DNA from: Macrostomum hystrix
Lineage: Eukaryota > Animalia > Platyhelminthes
DNA: 64,000 bases
Reading direction: 5' to 3'
NCBI GenBank assembly: GCA_950097015.1
Contig: CATNEN010000038.1
Location: 25,854,001-25,918,000 of the forward strand
Shown: positions 59,641 to 64,000 of the stretch, in pieces
How the letters are laid out: each line of letters starts with the position of its first letter
Position numbering within the stretch: position 1 is the first letter of the stretch
The notes under the pieces: generated by a model
What the model was told of the DNA's origin: nothing
The model's input: only the letters and a program-made list of their open reading frames with translations
Databases searched by the model: none
Made by a program: the position numbers and the translations under genes

Positions 59641-60959
59641 TTAGCTAGCTGGGGACATTTGGAACAGGTAGATTAGTCTAACTACTTAAGAAATTCCAAA
59701 AAGCTTTCCCAAAAAGATGTTTCAACACTTAATAAATAGAAGCTGCATTTGAAGCCAAACTTCAAATACGACACAAACTAATTGATCATCTATAAAGAAA
59801 ATTAGTAGTATTAAAAACTCCTTATTTTTTACGCACATTATTCAAACTTTGTGAACCGAATTAGACCGTTATAACTTTCAATTTTGTGTCAATTTTGTGC
59901 ATACAAAGTGCAAAAGATTTAAACTTATAATATTCGATGTTCTGACATAGATTTTTTTACATGTGTGACTTTAAAGACAAGTCTACAGATTTAAATCAAA
60001 CAAATGATTAGCAAAATGGATGGAAGAAAATATAGGTAAATAAAAGTCAAACCTAGCCTTATTAAATAAGTTAAATTAAAATAAGTAAAAATAATATAAG
60101 TATAAGTATAAAGGTAAATTTACTATAATGCGTATAAGTAAATGTGAAACTATAGATACTAAGACTGCAAAGAGAAGCGTTTCAAATTTCGAGAGATGTT
60201 TCTAAGGCTTTATAATTAAGATATTTAAAAGCTGTACGATATATCGATGCTCAAAAAGTTGATGTTGTTAGAGAATATAAAAATATGAAGCCTAACTTTG
60301 CATATAAACAAAAAATTATTTAAACAAAACAAAATCTTTCAGATAAGATGTCAAACTTTTTTATTTGTGATGATATGAACATATATATGTATAGTTTGTT
60401 TAAATGACGATACTCGTTAGTAAAGAATTTTCGAGTTTGCATTAACTATTATTATATCGCTATTAATTTATTTGCAACTACGTTTTCAAAATCTTTGGAT
60501 TGTGATAAGGATTTTGTTCAAAGCTTTTACTAATGGGGAGTACGATAAATTAGGTGGGGTTTCGTGCTTCGTTCATTTGATTGCTATATACATCCTACTC
60601 GATCAGCAAAAGCAAACTCGTCACAACGCACGCTTTGTACAAGTGACAAACTATTAATTTCTTACATGTGGACATAAAGAGGTTCCGAAGCTTAAATATT
60701 TTAAGTAAGGGAAGGATTTAGGATCCAACGGCTACAATTAATAAATTGGTAGTGAGCGCGAAGTAGTAATTCTAATAGCTCTACACATTGGTGGAAGTAA
60801 ATATTATTGTAATATTTACACTGGTTCTAGGCGGTAGCAGGGACTAGTTTTGGGTAGTTTAAGTAGTCCCTGGCCGGTAGTTCTTAAGTCCAGCGCACGA
60901 AGTCCAGAGACGAATTATATACATCAAAGAAGTATTTTTTCTACATCGCAGAATGGGGT

Positions 60960-61225
60960 TGATGTAGCCTACTCGTAGTTTGTCCTGTAACAAACTGCGT
61001 CGTTCAGCAAGACCATAACTCAGCATTGCTTTTCAGTTCACCCAGCTGTTAAAAGTGAATTAATTAATTAGCATTAACTTGGGCAATTGAGAGGGCGCCC
61101 CCAGCCCATCAGTAGAGTGCCATGAACTGGCGCCTGAACTGTACGCAGCCTTCATATGCGCCGTGCAATAGCTACGGCTGTGCTGCCGGCTGGACATAAT
61201 CAGGCCCGATTAGATTAAGGTGCAA
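60960..61225 (+). mobile_element. Degenerate CORE-SINE family A copy
   Basis: AGCAAGACCATAACTCAGCATTGCTTTCAGTTCACCCAGCTGTTAAA..GTACGCAGCCTTCA.ATGCGCCG. Confidence 0.72.
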
Positions 61226-61705
61226 TAAATTATTGTTTTTTTATTCTCTATTGCAGAAAACTCTTGTGATGTCTCCATTTGGAAAGTGCAAATACGTGTA
61301 ACAATGTTCGGTTAGTCTCTCCGCGGTGTTTGGAAAGCAGACCTGAACTAGTTATGGACTAGCTGCTTGAAGAATAATATCACGAAAAAATCATTATAGT
61401 TAAAGTCTTGCAAATTTAGGTCGCCTTTTATAACAAAAAACGACAAAATCGCGACTTTAAAAAAGGGATACCCTGCAACTAATAGTTGACGAGCGAAAAA
61501 AAGAAAAAAAACAGTTTTGCATAGGATTTAGAATTTCCTCCGTCCACAAGTTAAGCTAATGTTACTAACGTAATGTTCTGATTTCTTTTAAATATCTATG
61601 GCTCAATCCACTTCTCTACATAGTAAATCACATATTTTTTCAACATAAATTAACCTTTCGTGTACAAAATTAAATGCTCAAAAGTTTCAGAAACGGCCGT
61701 TAAGA

Positions 61706-64000
61706 ATGCAGCAGGCAGGAAGTTTAACGCAAACAAAAAAATGCGAGGCGTTGACTCAGGGAAGCAGCAAAAATAGATGGAGCACAACTGTGGCTGTCCA
61801 TGCTGACTCAAATGCAGTGCTTTCCAATGATTTCAGCAAGTTGAATAATCACGACAATTCCCGGCTGCCGCACATGTACATTTCCGATCATGATAAACCA
61901 ACTGATCAAGTGGTCCTCTTAGAAACGGGATTGACAGCAGCCAAAACTGTACTTTGCAATCCCAAGCTGGTGAGTCTTGATTGCTCATTGCTCAGAATTC
62001 CGATTGCATGTTGGGTAAATTTTATTTATAGGGCAGCATTTTTAAGCGGCGTCTCTGAGAGAGCGCACATTGCTTCCTCTAGTGAATTGTCTTGCTTTTG
62101 AAAGACTGCACAATTTATTTTCCCTATAAAATTGAGACTCAAACGCCGACCTCCATCAGTCAAAATAGTGAAAGTCAATGAGAGGGCCTATCCTAATCGA
62201 GAAGTTTGGTGTATCAGTCTAAAAGAATTTTAATATTTTATTTTAAAAAAAAAATATAATGCAGATTGCGTGACAGATATTGCTTTTAATATTTACAGAC
62301 TGAAAACGCAAACGGGGGATGCGTTTTTATACGGCAGACTAGTGAGTCGAAAAACAAGGCCGAATCTAGCGATGTCAAGTCAATCAAGGCCAGCCTACAA
62401 CGACCAAATAAATCTGAAGTTAATTCCAAGCAAGTTTCATCGATGCAAGCTCCAGGCGATACAAAAGCCGAAGTCCCTTTGTTGGAAAACTTTGTTAAAC
62501 GAGGAAAATCAATCGATAATCACCTGCTTAATCAAGGCTGCTCAACTAGCATTGGTTATAACCAAGGCAGCTGCATTTATAATTATGCCAATATGCTGCA
62601 AGGCGAAGCTACAATGGCAAATCACGAAATTTTGAATAGCTGCGCCTCTAACGCAAGCACCAGACTGGATGAGTGCCGACAATACCGGACAACCCCTTCA
62701 ATTCGCCGCACTATGTGCCAGCAGGCGCCACTGATCTCAAAGCTGCAGTGTCCAAACAATGGATTTCGACTCACTCATTCGGGCCATAATGATGCCAGTA
62801 GGAGTTCAATTTTAAAGCTGAGACGAGTCGAACGGCTCGGACAATCGCGACGTCGTGACAAAGACGCTAGCCAGGCTGAATTAAAAATAGTATTCGATTA
62901 TGATTCCTCACAGTGGCCACTGTGCTACGTTTTAGAGCGAGGAGCTGAATCATCCACAGAGAGCATCGCAGCAGACGATAACTGCAAGGCGCGATCTAGT
63001 TACAGAACTCGGTACGAATCAGATGACGGGGCCTGTGATGCTAGTTGGAAGCAGGATGATAGTTGCTTACCGAATCGCGGTTGCTACTGTTACTACTCGT
63101 GCTGCAGGCGTTCTTATTCCGTGTCGCAGGAAAAACAAAACAAACGTTTTAGGAGAATACGTACAATAGGCCGACGAAAAGTGAACTACATTACATCGAA
63201 CTGCCAAACGAGCTGGAGTAAGTTATTATTGCGTTCTTTCTGTAAATTTAAATATAGCGCGGATATAATCAGAAGAATATCAAAGCAAATTAAACCTTTT
63301 TTACTCCCAACTATTATTATTTTCTTGCAGATAAAATTACATCGACGGGCAGTGTTAGATGTGCAAAGCCAACAACGGATTGGGCCCCGAACATAAAGCT
63401 GTCACGCCAAAGCTATCAGGATGATTTTTATGCAAGCTGCTATAGTCGAGATGACAATGTGCCAGACGCCCATTTCTGTTGGTCGTCAGGCAGGACTGAA
63501 TCTAGGCGTCCAAGAAAACAACAAGCGCATGACAGGCAGGATGATGACAGCAGATTTAGGCAGGATGGAATCATCTTTGGAAGCAGGCAATCGGGCGACT
63601 TTGATGCTTCCTGGTACCAGCCGCAGCAACAGACCCAATGCCAAAATTTCCCACAGCAACAGCAGGTGGGCCCCGAAATATATTCTCGACAAGACGCCAA
63701 CGCGACAAGAGAGAACCGGAAAATTGTAGACAGAACGTGTGACGAGGGAGGAGCATTTGGTTCCGGACAAGAAAGCGGCAAGTTAAAAAGCTATTTAAGA
63801 AGAATTGCTGACCCTATCCAACAGGCGCATACTTGCGCTGGCAAGGAGAATAAAAGTAGTTTAGAAGACCCAGCCAGTAGAAGATACAAACTCGATCAAA
63901 ATGGCGCGAGTAAGATGAAAAGCGACGGAGTTTCAAATATGCGGGCCTGGCGTGGCATGTGGCCCGGCAAGGTCAACACGAAACAGCGCCGTGACAGAGT
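61706..64000 (+). CDS. Unrecognised, probably disordered protein, 3'-incomplete; join(61706..61969,62299..63217,63331..>64000)
   Basis: GTGAGT donor at 61970 to TTACAG acceptor at 62298 (phase 0), and GTAAGT donor at 63218 to TTGCAG acceptor at 63330 (phase 1). The spliced frame stays open to the window end. No domain recognised. Confidence 0.6.

Overview
Eukaryotic (animal) genomic DNA with GT-AG introns, interspersed SINEs and DNA transposons, and many short-period tandem arrays. The gene content and style resemble a free-living flatworm such as Macrostomum; that is inference only. I can build eight protein-coding genes by hand. Four are divergent receptor/channel genes: a 3-exon DEG/ENaC channel, an intronless class A peptide GPCR, an intronless non-alpha nAChR-like Cys-loop subunit, and a 14-exon GABA-B-like class C GPCR. 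The other four are TEX52-like, C5orf34-like, VWA/DUF4537 (C11orf16/VWA3B-like) and an orphan gene that runs off the right edge. Mobile DNA includes a dead RTE-type LINE fragment, two mariner relics (one interrupted by a 1.2 kb Harbinger with a CTG TSD and ending in a 45-bp array that appears to derive from its own coding sequence), hAT-type and TA-TSD MITEs, two small palindromic elements, a CORE-SINE family and a second tRNA-SINE family. About 14 kb is tandem repeat, including a 7.2 kb 24-mer array with higher-order structure inside one intron. Most interesting: (i) all four receptors deviate from canonical ligand, gating or assembly motifs, suggesting a possible chemosensory neighbourhood; (ii) the 3' part of SINE family B contains a 14-nt match to the HDV ribozyme P3/L3 core; (iii) arrays tens of kb apart share core motifs.
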